From: Lingula anatina
Taxonomy: Eukaryota > Animalia > Brachiopoda
Assembly (NCBI GenBank): GCA_051362555.1
Contig: CM120640.1
Span: forward strand, 56,584,788-56,648,787
DNA: 64,000 nucleotides
Reading direction: 5' to 3'
In this document: piece by piece, positions 13,462 through 25,962 of the stretch
Layout of the letters: every line of letters begins with the position of its first letter
Numbering within the stretch: the first letter of the stretch is position 1
The notes under the pieces: generated by a model
Told to the model about the DNA's origin: nothing
What the model saw: only the letters and a program-made list of their open reading frames with translations
The model's database searches: none
Program-made: the position numbers and the translations under genes

Positions 13462-13568
13462 TAGCATGAAAATTCATGCGTTAGCACTCCTATTGACGAT
13501 TCTGATATGTGCTATCTGTGCTGTTAGCAATCGTCAATAGGAGTGCTAACGCATGAATTTTCATGCTA
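13462..13568. mobile_element. 107-bp palindromic MITE with 10-bp target site duplication
   Basis: Perfect ~40-bp TIR tagcatgaaaattcatgcgttagcactcctattgacgatt; identical flanks ccctgccccc at 13452-13461 and 13569-13578. Confidence 0.85.
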
Positions 13569-14424
13569 CCCTGCCCCCCCTGAGAGGAACATAGACTAAC
13601 AAATGTCATGTTATGTTGAAATTTGTCATTCTCAATTTCAAATTTTTCATTTTCAAAATGACTAAAAAATGACTTTTAAACATCTACCATTCACAACCTT
13701 GTTCATTTTAGGTCAGACCTTATAAAAATGTAATGTAAAAAGAAATATTAGAATAGTGTGCACTGCCACTGCAAAATGATTACATTTTTCCAATGTAAGA
13801 AAAAGGTAAAATAGAAAAAAGTGTGCATGGTAAACGCCCAGTTTCTTTAGATACATAGTTTCTGAATACCTGTATTGAAAAACTTGGGGCAATACTGCAA
13901 AAACAAGAATTGTGTTTGGTTACAAAAGTGACATATTTTCAGAATCTTTAAAAGATTTTCTGATCACTAACACCATTTCATTTTGAAAAAAAGTTAATGC
14001 ATTGGTAAATTGCACCAATTCTTCTACCTGCAGACCCTCAGATTTTACAAATCATTGCATTTCCCCAGAAAACTGCCTCGGGCCTATAAAAGAAAAAAAT
14101 TTATCTACCTAACAACATTTTGGGGTTTGTAGATTTGTAAAAATGATACAGATATTGAAGAAAATCTCACATACATTGGCTGATTTTTTTGGCACATCCA
14201 ACGAACCTACTTGTATTTTATGACGGAAGTTATCCATCAGCAAATTCCATCTATGGGTCCTAATCATATTCTCTCAGACAAAAAATATAATTGACAAAAA
14301 ATTAATGACATATTTAAGGTTAACCAATTTCAACTCACAATAAAAAAACTATCTGTTAAATTAATATAGAAATATAAATGGCTATGCTTTGCGTAATTTT
14401 TTGCTTCAAATGAGCACTTGAGAC

Positions 14425-15044
14425 TTATGCCACTTCTATTTTCTTTGCTAGTTCCTGGATATCCTCATAAACCAGATCAAAATGCATCCACTGGTTGTCC
14501 ATTCCATCCAGGTACACTACAGGAAAAAATAGCAACATTTCATATTCACTTATTTAAATAACTCAAGATTTTCTGCATCAATAATGAAGAAGTAAAAACT
14601 GTCCGAAAAAATTAATCTGTCACTTTAAAAAAAAGTTTTGTCAATAACAAATGTTTTTCAATAACTTCTACACTAGGCTATACTTAAGGTTTCTTTCTTT
14701 AAAAATTAATATTGCACAATATGCTCAAAAACTGAAATTTTGATGCATAAAAAGAAGAAGAAATGGCCCTTTCAGATACACCCATGAGTTCTTACCAATA
14801 TCCTCCTGGTCTTTCAATTCAGCCTTGTTTTTCAAATACATTGGCCAGCAAATCTTCTCAAAGTAACCAGGAGGATCTGGAGGGTGGTAACGCCTTTTGC
14901 TAGATAAAAGCAAGCATAAACCTTATGATGCCTTTTCAGACAAAATATTTCATTCTAATATATATATATACACAATTAAAAAAACCTAAGACTATGATAT
15001 GTGAAAATCAGTCGGGGGAAGGGAGTTTGTCTTGAGTTTTTGGG

Positions 15045-15100
<56 letters not shown>

Positions 15101-18100
15101 AGTAAGTGGGAGATGGTCAATTGGGTGACCAACTTGAGGAAGGAATTTTACTTTATGTCCAATCTTTTATAAAATGATTTTGAAATGTTAAGAAAGTGAA
15201 ATTTCATATGTAACAAATTTTAAAATTCAACAGGAACTGAATTCATTGATTGTCAGATCCTACACAGTTTGTATGAACTCACCACCTTCTCTTAAAACAT
15301 TCCTCTTTGGGTAAAGTGAGGAAATATTTCTTGTCAAACACCTCTGCCAAAGGCCTGAAAGTATCGTGTTTAAATATATAATACAACAAGCAAACAAAAG
15401 ATAAAATCACTTAGGATATCTTGCCATTTTAGTAGCTCACAAATTAAACAGCATCTGAAGGGTAAACACCAAAATCCATGAATTCTATTACAAAAGAGTG
15501 ACTTAACTGATTTTAATACAACTTAGTCATAAAATTGAGACAAATATCACTTTGAATACCTGTAATTGTACAGTAGAAAACCTTCTACAAAGATAAGAGG
15601 TGGAGTCCCATCCTGACTGTGATAAGTACCAGGATCATTGATGGACTTCTGTACAACATTCATCATTTTCTCCATGTCTAATGCTGCCAGTTCTGGAAAA
15701 AAGTCATAACTTACCGTCCAGCTGCTTTCAAATTTATTGAATGCCACAAGGTGGTGGTGGTAACAAAAAAAAAATGAAATGATTCTATTAAATAAAAGAT
15801 GTTTTCACTAGAAAAACACTCAAGGAGTGAAGACCCCCCACTAAGGCAAGCCAATTCTCATTATTTCTAATTAATAATTGCCCAAATCATAGACACAGAG
15901 TCAAGATTTTACTGTTAATAATTTTAAAAAATCAAAAGCAGAACTCAAATCTTGGACGTCTCACAGATCAGCTGGCTATTCTAACCATCTAGCTACATTG
16001 TCCATGTGCCAACTTTTCAATTTAAAATGTGTACCAATAAAATAAGTCAAGCTGCTTTTGTAGCTTAGGGGACATTCAGAATAGAAGATTCGAGTATCAA
16101 CTGGTCCAAGGCTCAAATATGGTGGACCCTACATGAAAAGAAGAACGCTTAACCCTGTAATGGCCTCTCCGCCTCTCACACGCCTCCCCATGCGTCGTCC
16201 CTGCAGGGGCATATTAATAAAAGCTCCATTCGACCAGACACATGGGGAGGCGTGTTAGAGGCAGAGAGACCATTGCAGGATTAGGCTGTCTTCTTTTCTT
16301 GTAGGGTCCGCCATATTTGAGCCTTGGACCAGTTGATACTTGGATCTTCCATTCTGAATGGCCTCTTAGACCCAGTGCATGTGTGACAGGATGGGCGGGG
16401 GTAATAATGCATTTGTGACAGGACAGATAGAGGACATAGATGCAAAAAATTCCTGTACAATGCCCCATTTTACTAGTATAAATAGGTATAAATGGTAATC
16501 TGTATCACCCTCAAAATCTAATTTTTCCCTAGCCAATTTGTGACTTATCCTGAAAATGTCATCAAAATCCCTTTATAATGCTGTTAACAGACAAACAAAC
16601 TAATGTTAACTACTAATGGCAATGAAACATTACCTTCTTGTCAAAGGTGATAAATAATTCATAATTCATGAGTACATAACTTTGTAACCAGCTTTACATG
16701 TTAAAGATTAGTGATGAATTGTTTTCACATGGGGCTATTACAGAGAAACCCTTGCACCCAAACTATCTGGGGATCTGATCTCATACTTCCAACAGACCTG
16801 TAGCTAGGGTGGGGTTTAGGGGGTTTAAACAAACTACCCTTTTTACCAGATGTCTTCTTAGGGTAAAAAATTGATCTACATAAATGAAGGTTTCATGGAA
16901 AAAGGTCCACTTAAATAAAAAAAAATTAACATTGCTGGCTACCAGCCTATGTGATCAGAGTTTTTGGTTTAAAATAGCCCCAATGTGAACCAAGCTATAT
17001 TTACCATCCCAATTGGCATGTCCCAGCTCTGGGTCAGTGTGGAGACCTGCATGGTTGGGTGGCTATAGTGTTGAAACGGGATAAAAGTGAATACTAGTAA
17101 CATAAAAAATATTCATCAAATCATATTTTATAGTAATACAAAAAAGGACAGTAAAGACAAAGTCCTAACTACTGTAGTTGGACTTTTCATACAAATAATA
17201 TATAGTGTAAAACTAGAACACTCGGTTGGCAGAGATCACTGTCAAGGCAAAATGTAAATAACAAACTAAAACAATGAATTGTGATTCTTTCAAAAAGGAA
17301 ACCCAGGTTCAGTTAAAATTGCAATTACTTTTTTCTCTTCTTCAATATCACTTTCCTGAAAATATCATCAGAATTTGTGAACTTTTTGAGGGATAAAAAG
17401 AGATGCTGATGAAAACATACTCTCTTTTGTTTGCAGATGTAAACATTTACTTTCCACAAGCTTGAAGAAGTATTTCCTAAAATTTTTAACATAATGAACG
17501 TTGCCATGTAATTATATAAATTTTTAATCTTGGAAAGTCAATCACCTTTTATAAAACTTACCAAAAAGAATTCGTCTTGATGAATCACTGGACATCCTGG
17601 AAACTTCTGTTTCAACTTATATACTAATGTAGTTTTACCACCATTTGTTACCCTACAAAATAAAATAACCAATAAAGTCTGCTTTTTTCTTGATCGAATT
17701 GGCATTTCAATACATTAGTTCATAAAATCACCATATACATCCCAGCGCGTAAACAAAAGAAACCCTCATTTGCAAGCAAATACTAGCATATATAGCTTTA
17801 CTTAACTGTCGACGATGGTGGACAACCCAGCAATACTATTTCATACCCATTTAATTGTTAAGAATAACTACATTAATAACCTAGTAATATGTTTTTATGT
17901 CACCCCATTTTCTTGCAAATGTCTGTTTCCTGTGTTTATTACCTCCGCCAAGGAGGTTATGTTTTCACCCCTGTCTGTTTGTTTGTCATCAACATAACTT
18001 GATCAAAAAGTTATGGACCGATTTTGATGAAATTTTCAGGGTAGGTGGGAAATGGGTTAACTTAGAAGTGATTAGTTTTTGGTGATGATCCGGATCAATA

Positions 18101-18474
18101 ATCAATCAAAAATAATAAAAAAACGCTGCCTTGGCGGAGGTCTGCGCTCTCGGAGTGATTTTCTAGTTCATGTCTGGAGTCATTCTCACAAGTGTACTGC
18201 ACTGTATTGCATATTTTAGCATGACAGACTATGCGAGTCTCTTTGGGACATAAATGTTATGAAATTTGTTTCAATATCCTAAATCCATTTTAATCTTTTT
18301 TGTGCTATCGCAAAAGAGAGTAGTATTTTAAAGTATTTTTGCATGGTTTTTATGTTCATTGACCATTTAAGGTGACAGTCGAGCGTGTCTAGAAGGAGTA
18401 CATGCATGTACAGGAATATCTGTAAAACTTAAATTCGCCCACCCGCTAATTCCGATAACAAATGGTCTGGTCAT
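14425..18474 (-). CDS. NMRK1: Nicotinamide riboside kinase (NMRK1/2 family)
   Basis: Exons 18474-18443, 17652-17562, 17062-17005, 15692-15560, 15354-15283, 14899-14796, 14516-14425. VIGISGVTNGGKTT P-loop; IHQDEFF; NWDELAALDM; LIFVEGFLLYNY; RRYHPPDPPGYFEKICWPMY; VYLDG. Possible in-frame upstream start at 18558. NMRK1 versus NMRK2 cannot be distinguished in an invertebrate. Confidence 0.95.
15054..15098. repeat. (TA)n microsatellite
   Basis: Direct reading. Confidence 0.95.
15807..16653 (-). mobile_element. Degenerate HINE on minus strand hosting a nested MITE
   Basis: actagaaaaacactcaaggagtgaagaccccccactaagg resembles the reverse complement of the HINE 3' end; aaacattaccttcttgtcaaaggtgataa resembles the reverse complement of the 5' end; internal acagacaaacaaac. 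Confidence 0.55.
16068..16365. mobile_element. Palindromic PIF/Harbinger-like MITE family B
   Basis: Arms cattcagaatagaagat...ctctcacacgcctccccatg inverted as catggggaggcgtgttagag...atcttccattctgaatg; TTA on both flanks. Confidence 0.85.
17936..18167 (+). mobile_element. Helentron-type HINE (DINE-1-like architecture)
   Basis: 5' sub-TIR acctccgccaag with adjacent inverted ggaggt; gtct/gttt microsatellite; 3' sub-TIR cttggcggaggt; stem-loop cgctctcggagtg; ctagt end; T-rich insertion context. Confidence 0.8.
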
Positions 18475-18541
18475 CCTCGCAAACGTCCTCACGCATCTGT
18501 TCGGAATTCTACTTAAGCAAAAAATATATTTAACGTTGAAT

Positions 18542-18793
18542 CTACTGTGAAACAGCATCGAAGTCGTTGTCGTTCTCCTCTAAATCTTGTAACTGTTGAT
18601 CATCATCCACTGGGGTCGGACAACTGGTGTTCAATCTATCTAAAAATGAGTCCAAAAGTTTTTTATTCAAATGGTCAGTCTGCGAAATCTCACGCACTGG
18701 TTCCTCCTCTCCACCTACAGGACAGTGATCGTTGTTAGCATGTGCAGGAACATTGTTTGTTATCACATTTTCTTCTTTTGCACGGTCGTCCAT
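18542..18793 (-). CDS. Intronless 83-aa acidic small protein upstream of NMRK (unidentified)
   Basis: Strong Kozak (agtATGG); GC higher than flanking introns; helix-like core EISQTDHLNKKLLDSFLDRLN flanked by acidic low-complexity segments; candidate acceptor ttttattacttgtcag at ~18839. Confidence 0.6.
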   Translation of the reverse strand: MDDRAKEENVITNNVPAHANNDHCPVGGEEEPVREISQTDHLNKKLLDSFLDRLNTSCPTPVDDDQQLQDLEENDNDFDAVSQ

Positions 18794-18959
18794 ACTTTTT
18801 GAAATCTCGTTCAGCTTCGCGAGATTTCACATGGGCGACTGACAAGTAATAAAAGACGTCAATGACATGTTGAGATATACTTTGGTGAGCTATGAAAACA
18901 TAATCAGTTCAACACATATGTGTGTAAATAGTTATCCATTTCGTTCTTAATCACCTGAA

Positions 18960-19200
18960 ACATGTGTAATATGTGTAATTTATTAGATTCCCTTTTGTAA
19001 CAGATTTCACCATGTTGCTCAACACTGACAACAATATACCGTCAACCAGGTGCTCTTCATCCTCCAGTTCGAAATTTAGTTATCAGTGTAATCACGGTCA
19101 GTTTCTTTGAAAAAATCGTCACCACTTTATCTGCACGCGTGCGTGCACACACGCGCGTGCTTTTAGTACGTTGTTCGTTTGTTGTTGAAAAATTGACTAC
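18960..19200. promoter_or_regulatory. Candidate bidirectional promoter small-ORF+NMRK / CCDC124
   Basis: Only ~500 bp separate ATG 18793(-) and ATG 19301(+); CpG-rich gcacgcgtgcgtgcacacacgcgcgtgc (NRF1-like) at 19133-19160. Confidence 0.5.
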
Positions 19201-19300
19201 CTAAGATTTGATTGTACATGTACTCTACAATTATAAACAATTTTATTTAATTTTTGATGCACATGATATGGACATGGTATATGTTCAGTTTTAGGTCAAT

Positions 19301-21040
19301 ATGCCAAAGAAATTTAAAGGAGAGAACTCCAAGGCAAGTGAGGCCCGAGCTCGCAAGGCAGCTGTACAACATGCAGCCCAGGCAAAGAGAGAGCAGGAAC
19401 TAGAAGATGAGTATTGGAAGGATGAAGATAAACATGTGCAGAAGAAGCAACAGAGAAAGGTTGTGAAAAACGTTTCAAATAAGTAATAATGAAATCATTC
19501 TTCTAAAACCATTTCTTTCTCTTTGTGATGATTGAAGGGGATGGTGGGGAATATCAAATTGTGGTAAAACTGTAATGGTTTCTTGCTTGTGTAAAAGACT
19601 AATGTGGCATTATGATGGTTTCATGATGATCTGCTTTATATATTAAGATACTGTACAAGTTTTCAAAATGTTTGAAGGTTGTTAATCTTTATTTAAAAAC
19701 TAGTAATACTGCCATGTGATATTGATAAATCCCCTTTGTATTGTAGGATGAGAAAGAAAAAAAGAAAAATGAGCTTCTTGAGAGGAAACAGCAGCTGAAA
19801 CAGCTTCATGATGAGGAAATGAGTGCACTGCCTGGTAAAGCAAGTGCCAGACCTAGCAAGTTAACCAGAGCCCAGGTAGAAGCAAATGTAAAGAAAATGG
19901 AAGAAGCAAGTAAAGGTAATGTTGTCTCATATCAGTTGATATTTATGTTGATTTCTTTGATAAAGATCAACAATTAGTGTTTCATGTACCTGTATATTTA
20001 AGAATGTGGATGTAATCTGATTTGTACTTATGATTTTTATCAAGTTTTCTTTGCGCATTTGATTACTGTTTGAAATACTGGTAAGTTCATGGTATGAATT
20101 GCTTCAAAGTCATCCATTTTTTCAGATGTTTCATCAGTATTCAGTATCCCATAGACTTCCCCCAGGGAACTGAACTGAATACCTGACAACTTTGACAATG
20201 AGTTCAATTCCCTTCAAGGAACTCTATGAGATAGATGAAACATCGCAGCCCATCTGTACATGAATGCCCAACATGTGATTTATTTGTATTTTTATTTGCC
20301 TAAAACTACAACTGGATGAATCAAAATATACACTTTGATATGAAGTTTGTCATGTAACATTTCATTTGCAGCAGCTAAGAAAGAAGAGGATTTGACTCAC
20401 ATTGAAAAGCCATTGGAGGAGAATGTAAATGTAATTCAAGTGGAAGGAGTTGAGGCCAGATCTGTGGAGGATGCTATCGCAGCATTAAGGTGAGGAGTGC
20501 TGGGATTGTGCTAGTTGTGCCAGTAGTTATGAATTGATTGTGTTGCTTGAGTTGAATATGATGAAAAAAAAAACCATGGAAAAATATCAGCCTGGTTTAA
20601 ATACTCCCAAGTGGCAGTATAAGGAAACATATTGCTCAAAGCAGTTCATTATCGTTATGTCAGGGTACCTTATTTGTGGCATGATATCCTGTTTTTGGAT
20701 GTTTTTTTTTCGTGCACAATATTTACTTGAATAATAAGTCTCCTTTTCTCTTCACTTACTATTACATGTTCACTAATTTTTCAGCCAAACAATGGATTTA
20801 AGTTTAATCTATCGAAGTAGGGTTTACACCAGATTTTAAAACAACCCTGAGAACCAAGAACTTATGGTCTTCTTACAACATTAGGCCATTGTTGCTTTTG
20901 TCAATTCTGTTAAATGTTTTATTTGTGCTGTAAATAATGTTTGTTTTAGTTGTGCTATGATCAGTGTTAATTGGGTGCATGTTTCCACCAAACTGAAATT
21001 AACTCAGATTATTGATTACATTGCCAAAGTGACCCCCCCC

Positions 21041-21088
<48 letters not shown>

Positions 21089-21793
21089 GATGGAAACATT
21101 GTTGTGCAAAGTTTACAGAAAGAGCATACAGTGCTCATGTCTCCTTGTTAGCTTTCACATAAGGCCTCTTGCTGAAGTCAGTAATGGTTGTCACCCTCTG
21201 GTTGTATGCATTCAGTGGTGTAAAGAGTGGCCTGGGGCTACAAATAACTGAGTCAAAATATTTTTTTTAAGATATGAAACGTGTGGAAGCTGTTAAGGTG
21301 TAAGATTGACATGAAGATTGTGAAAAATTAAAAAAAAAAACTATTAGAATTCAGAAGTGTTGTACAAGTTGTGTACTGAACTGTACTTGATTTGCAATTA
21401 AATCCATGCAACCTGTTGATGACTTCTGCAGGGTTATAATTGCTAGAAGTGCAAAATTTCAGAAGCACTTGTTGTTTCTTGAGGTATAAAATGGCTTATT
21501 AAAAAGAGTGATATATTTACATTTAAAATTTGACTAAACATTGCTTTTGTGAAATAGCTTTTCTTGTTTTGTTTTCTAGTACCAATGATACAGAAGCAGT
21601 AGAGAGGCATCCAGAGAGGAGAGTCAAGGCAGCATATGCAGCTTATGAAGAAGAAAATTTGCCTCGTCTGAAACAGGAAAATCCAAATATGAGACTATCT
21701 CAGTTAAAACAGATGTTAAAAAAAGACTGGCAGAAATCTCCCCAGAATCCTTTGAATCAAAGGAGCTTAGCTTACAATGCCAAGGCCAGCTGA
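19301..21793 (+). CDS. CCDC124: Coiled-coil domain-containing protein 124 (Lso2/Oxs1 family)
   Basis: Exons 19301-19459, 19747-19915, 20372-20489, 21580-21793. MPKKFKGENSKASEARARK; EARSVEDAIAAL; ERHPERRVKAAYAAYEEENLPRLKQENPNMRLSQLKQMLKKDWQKSPQNPLNQ. Confidence 0.97.
20125..20245. mobile_element. Small degenerate inverted-repeat element
   Basis: gatgtttcatc..tcccataga..agggaactgaact inverted as agttcaattccct..tctatgaga..gatgaaacatc. Confidence 0.55.
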
Positions 21794-22559
21794 AATTTCA
21801 GTGTCGATTTGGTAACAGCTTGAAACCACACATGGTTTTAAATATTTCATAAAATCATGTCCAGCTTGCACTACCTCCCAGCTTGAAGAGTTACCTGGTC
21901 AGGAAAGATTTCAGTTGGTACATTTTAAAGTAAAAGTGGTGCTTATCAAGATGTATCAAACAATTAAAGAAAAGTTATAAATCATTCACCAAACTTGTTA
22001 TTGTGAACCACTAGTGTAGTAAGATACAACATATTTCAACTCTTTCGAAAGAGTCATGTTTCTTGCAAAAAAAAAAATAATAATAATGAAAATAATAAAA
22101 ATTAGCTAGGCTTTTAAATACATAAATCTAAAATTCTCTGGGTCTTTAATAAAATTTAATCACCCATTTCTGTTAAAGATGAAATCTGTGTGAATCTGTG
22201 TCTGATTTTGATCTTCTGATGGTGTCAGTTCCCCATCATTTCATCATTCCCATCATACACTGGTCAGTATAACTCAAAAGTTTTTGGAGAAAAAGTTTGT
22301 GGAGGGTAGAAAATTATGTAAGATGATCTGCTGCACACAGCTTTATGACATTAGCTTTATCAAACAGACTATCAAATAAACAAATAATAATAACTTATAA
22401 ATAAAATAAATGTGGACTATTAATCATTGAAGCATTCTCTGTTTATTTTTATTTCTAAAAGTATGTTTATAATCACGAAAAAGAATGTACAATTTTACTT
22501 TCATTTTTTTTCTGCATGATCAGTGAAGCTTGTAAGTTGATGATTCTGGGCAGCCCAAA

Positions 22560-22820
22560 GTGCTGGTGTATTACAACGTTACGTAGTTGGTGCAGTGGTG
22601 TGTGGAACGCATTTATGAATTACATGACTTTACATGAAATAAAACATGGCACAGTCTATTGTCTTTTGATGGGCTTTAAGGTGTCATATGGTGTAAGAAA
22701 GGTTATATTATGTACTGATTGCAACACGAGTCATCTACTGCATGTAATATACGAGAATGTAATTATCTAGGTGCAGGTCAAACTGTAGTTTCTACGTAGT
22801 TTACGTACATTAACACCAGC
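22560..22820. mobile_element. MITE-like remnant
   Basis: Inverted termini gtgctggtgt..tacgtag / ctacgta..acaccagcac. Confidence 0.5.
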
Positions 22821-24689
22821 ACATAAGACAAGGTGGCCAGACTACTTGCCCTAACTAGTCACTTCACATTCGGCCACTGGATTTAGTCCATTTGATTTGA
22901 TATTTAAACAAGACTGCCTATTGATTCGATGCTCAATAATCCAGCTCAAGAGAACAGAACAGATATGTTTGGATTGTCATCACAGAGAAAGACTTCAGGA
23001 AGGTTAGAAAAGGACCACTGAGCAACTAGAGGCTAACATTGAAAAAAGGAACCACTGATATGATAAATGATAAATGACACAAGAGGACATGCTGCAAGTT
23101 GGGGAATCACATGCACCTTAACATCTACATACTTGGCAGGAATAAGAATGGTGATGCTTGGTTATCTGAAGTATATATAATAAAAGAAAGGTAAAACAAT
23201 ACCACCCACATAGTGGATGTGATGGTTGGGTAAAAAAACCTGTATTAATCCCAAAGATTTGAAACTTTGTGTACTAAAGACTGTAGGAAGTTATTGAGAA
23301 GAGCAAATGACAAAGAAATGTAGTCAACCAAAGAAAAAAGGGCTTTCTATTTCTTCTAAATCTGATAGTGACTATGAAGTAGGAAAAAATTGAGGACTGT
23401 TTCTATTTCTTCTGAATCTACCAGTGACAGTGAACTAGGCTTTGACATTCAAATGGAAATGCAATAAGAAAGTAGTTCTGAATTGGAAAACATGCCATCC
23501 ACTTTGACAAGCATCAATCAATCAATGAACATGGAAAAAAGAGTCTGCCATGTACTTCAGCCACCACAACCTAAATCAGCACTGCCAGCTACTGTGACAT
23601 CCTGGTCTACCTTGGATGAGTCCTTTCCCTCCTCTGGCCCAGTACCAGTAAAACCCCTAAACAGAGATAAATCAGGACAGCTTATTGACACCACTTTGAC
23701 CATTACCTTGCCATCAGCTGTTAAAAAAATAATTTGCAAAGCTGGTAAAAAATTTATATATAAATGTGACTTTTGTGTCATTAAAATGTGTTACATGCAG
23801 TTGTATTTTTCAATTTGCAGAAAAATATGTAATATGAGTGTTCTGCAGACAGATGATATGGATTAAAAGGATATAAAATTTCTGTAACACCTTTTGTGAA
23901 AATATTTCCAAAATAGTCTTCCTTTTTTTATTCGAGCATGTTTGGGATACCAGTATGGGTAAATATTATTCAAGTGTGACTGATAACTATGAACCAACTT
24001 GTGTACTGGTAAATGAAATCATGAAACACAGTGCAGTGTATGAAAATACAGGCAATTAAGCCTGTATGTGAAATACCAATGCAATTATCTTATTGTATGA
24101 AGTGCCAGCCATGGTATAAGTATATTTTTAAGCTGATTTCACTGAGACCACTTTAGCAAGAAACCCTGTAGAGTTAGATCTATCCAGCTAGTATGATGGG
24201 TGTATGGGGATGCAGTCTTAAACAAAAGTTGGCACCCCTTCAAGAGTAACAGGAAGATTTTGTCAACTTGACATATGTTTTATGGTCAGATATCATTTAA
24301 AATGACCTTGCAAAATTAGAAAAAGATTTTATATCATTGTAGTTACTGGATGTAGTAATCTCAGACATGATGCTTCATCATCCCATGGCAGGTCAGAGGG
24401 TTATGAAACTGCTGAAGATTATGGGAATTCATGCCTTTTTATGAATATAATAAAGTAAATATATAACACAGTTATCATAAGATATAACTTTGAGGAATTA
24501 GTAAGAACCAAAATCATACTCTGATGATCTCATGATCAGTTTGAATGCCTTTAATCCAGGTTGTTTTAGTACATTTTGATTGTATATCCTAGTAAAGAAT
24601 TTTGGTTGATATCAAGAAGGAATGTGCTTTGTGGCTGAAAATTTTTGGTTTTAATATAATACGAATGCAACACCTGTAAAATGCATTAA

Positions 24690-25962
24690 CATGGGCGTAA
24701 CTAGGCATACGCACGGATGCACTGTGCGTACAATTTTTCGGCCAACCATGATATTATTTTATATAAATTTAGTGTATTTTTCACAGAATATATATCGAAA
24801 ATCCTCTGCGAATTAAAGTCACCTGTATGTACAAATCATCTGTATACGCACAATTGTTCTGACCCCCCGTCTTGCATACTTTTATTCAACTGAGGTAAAC
24901 AATGCCTGTTACCTTTACAAGTCCTATCTTAATCGTCCATCTAACTGGAACATCCTTTACCTCTTAATTGGAGGGTTAAGTGGCCTTCAACTCTCCTGTT
25001 GTCATGAGAGTAACGAATGCACTATTGCTGACGATATTTATCTCAGGTAAAATCTACCTGTGTGTTATTTTCAAAGAGCAGCTCCCGTAGACCTGGGGGC
25101 ACTAGATAAAATCTGGACACCAGGTTTAATAAGGAGCTACAGAAACAAAGGAAGAATTTTTCCTGCAAAGCTTCAAAGAATTTCACACGGACTTGATCCA
25201 GCTTAGCCCTCCAAACTAACAGGATGGCATGGGCAATTTTCACAAACAAATAATTAAACTTAGGTCGCATTCACAACGAGTTGAGCCAGGCTTTACAAAT
25301 CCTGGGGACTAAATATGGCGGATGTACATGAAAGAAAAACCGCCTAATCTTTTAATAGTCTCTCCGCCTCTCACACGCCTCCCTAGCTGTGTCGTCTCAA
25401 TGGAGCCGAGATTTAATGACTGTCCCCCTGCAGGGACGATGTGTGGGGAGGCGTGTGAGAGGCGGAGAGACTATTAAAAGATTAGGCGGTTTTTCTTTCA
25501 TGTACAACTGCCATATTTAGTCCCCAGGATTTGTAAAGCCTGGCTCAACTCGTTGTGAATGTGATCTTAGATGTATCAGAGCTCTATTCTGTCATATAAT
25601 TGGTTGTTTTTGGCAGCCATGCACCCGCATGAAAGCTGGATGAAACCGCATTTAAGTTCAACTCAGAGGAGGATCCAGGATTATTCGAAGAAGGGAGGGG
25701 GGTCTGCTAATGCGAAGTTAGCCTCCTTTTAAATGAATATACCCTTCTGGGTATATAAAAATATTGAAACTTTATTAAATCGCGAGAACATTTTTGACTT
25801 AAATGATGATTTTATCATTAATGGAAATTTAGCTATGATGTGTGGTACATATGCTGTGATTACGCTGTCCTTCATCTGTTGCGTTAGTCTACATTTTGCT
25901 GTACATGCTGGGTATTTTAAAAATCTGTGCGCACAATTTTTAAAGGTCTGGTTACGCCCCTG
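24690..25962. mobile_element. Non-autonomous DNA transposon with nested MITE
   Basis: TIRs catgggcgtaac / gttacgcccctg; attaa repeated directly on both flanks; no transposase ORF. Confidence 0.65.
25263..25566. mobile_element. Palindromic MITE family B, near-perfect copy
   Basis: ~120-bp arms (attcacaacgagttgagccagg...gcctcccc) almost perfectly inverted; TTA TSD; shares ctccgcctctcacacgcctcccc and ccctgcaggg with 16068-16365. Confidence 0.88.

Noticed and set aside
16706-16782. Box C/D snoRNA-like GTGATGA...CTGA
   Set aside because: Antisense to the host NMRK transcript, weak terminal stem, no recognisable guide.
18474-18793. Stop-codon readthrough fusion of the small ORF to NMRK
   Set aside because: The two ORFs are in different frames (starts 319 nt apart).
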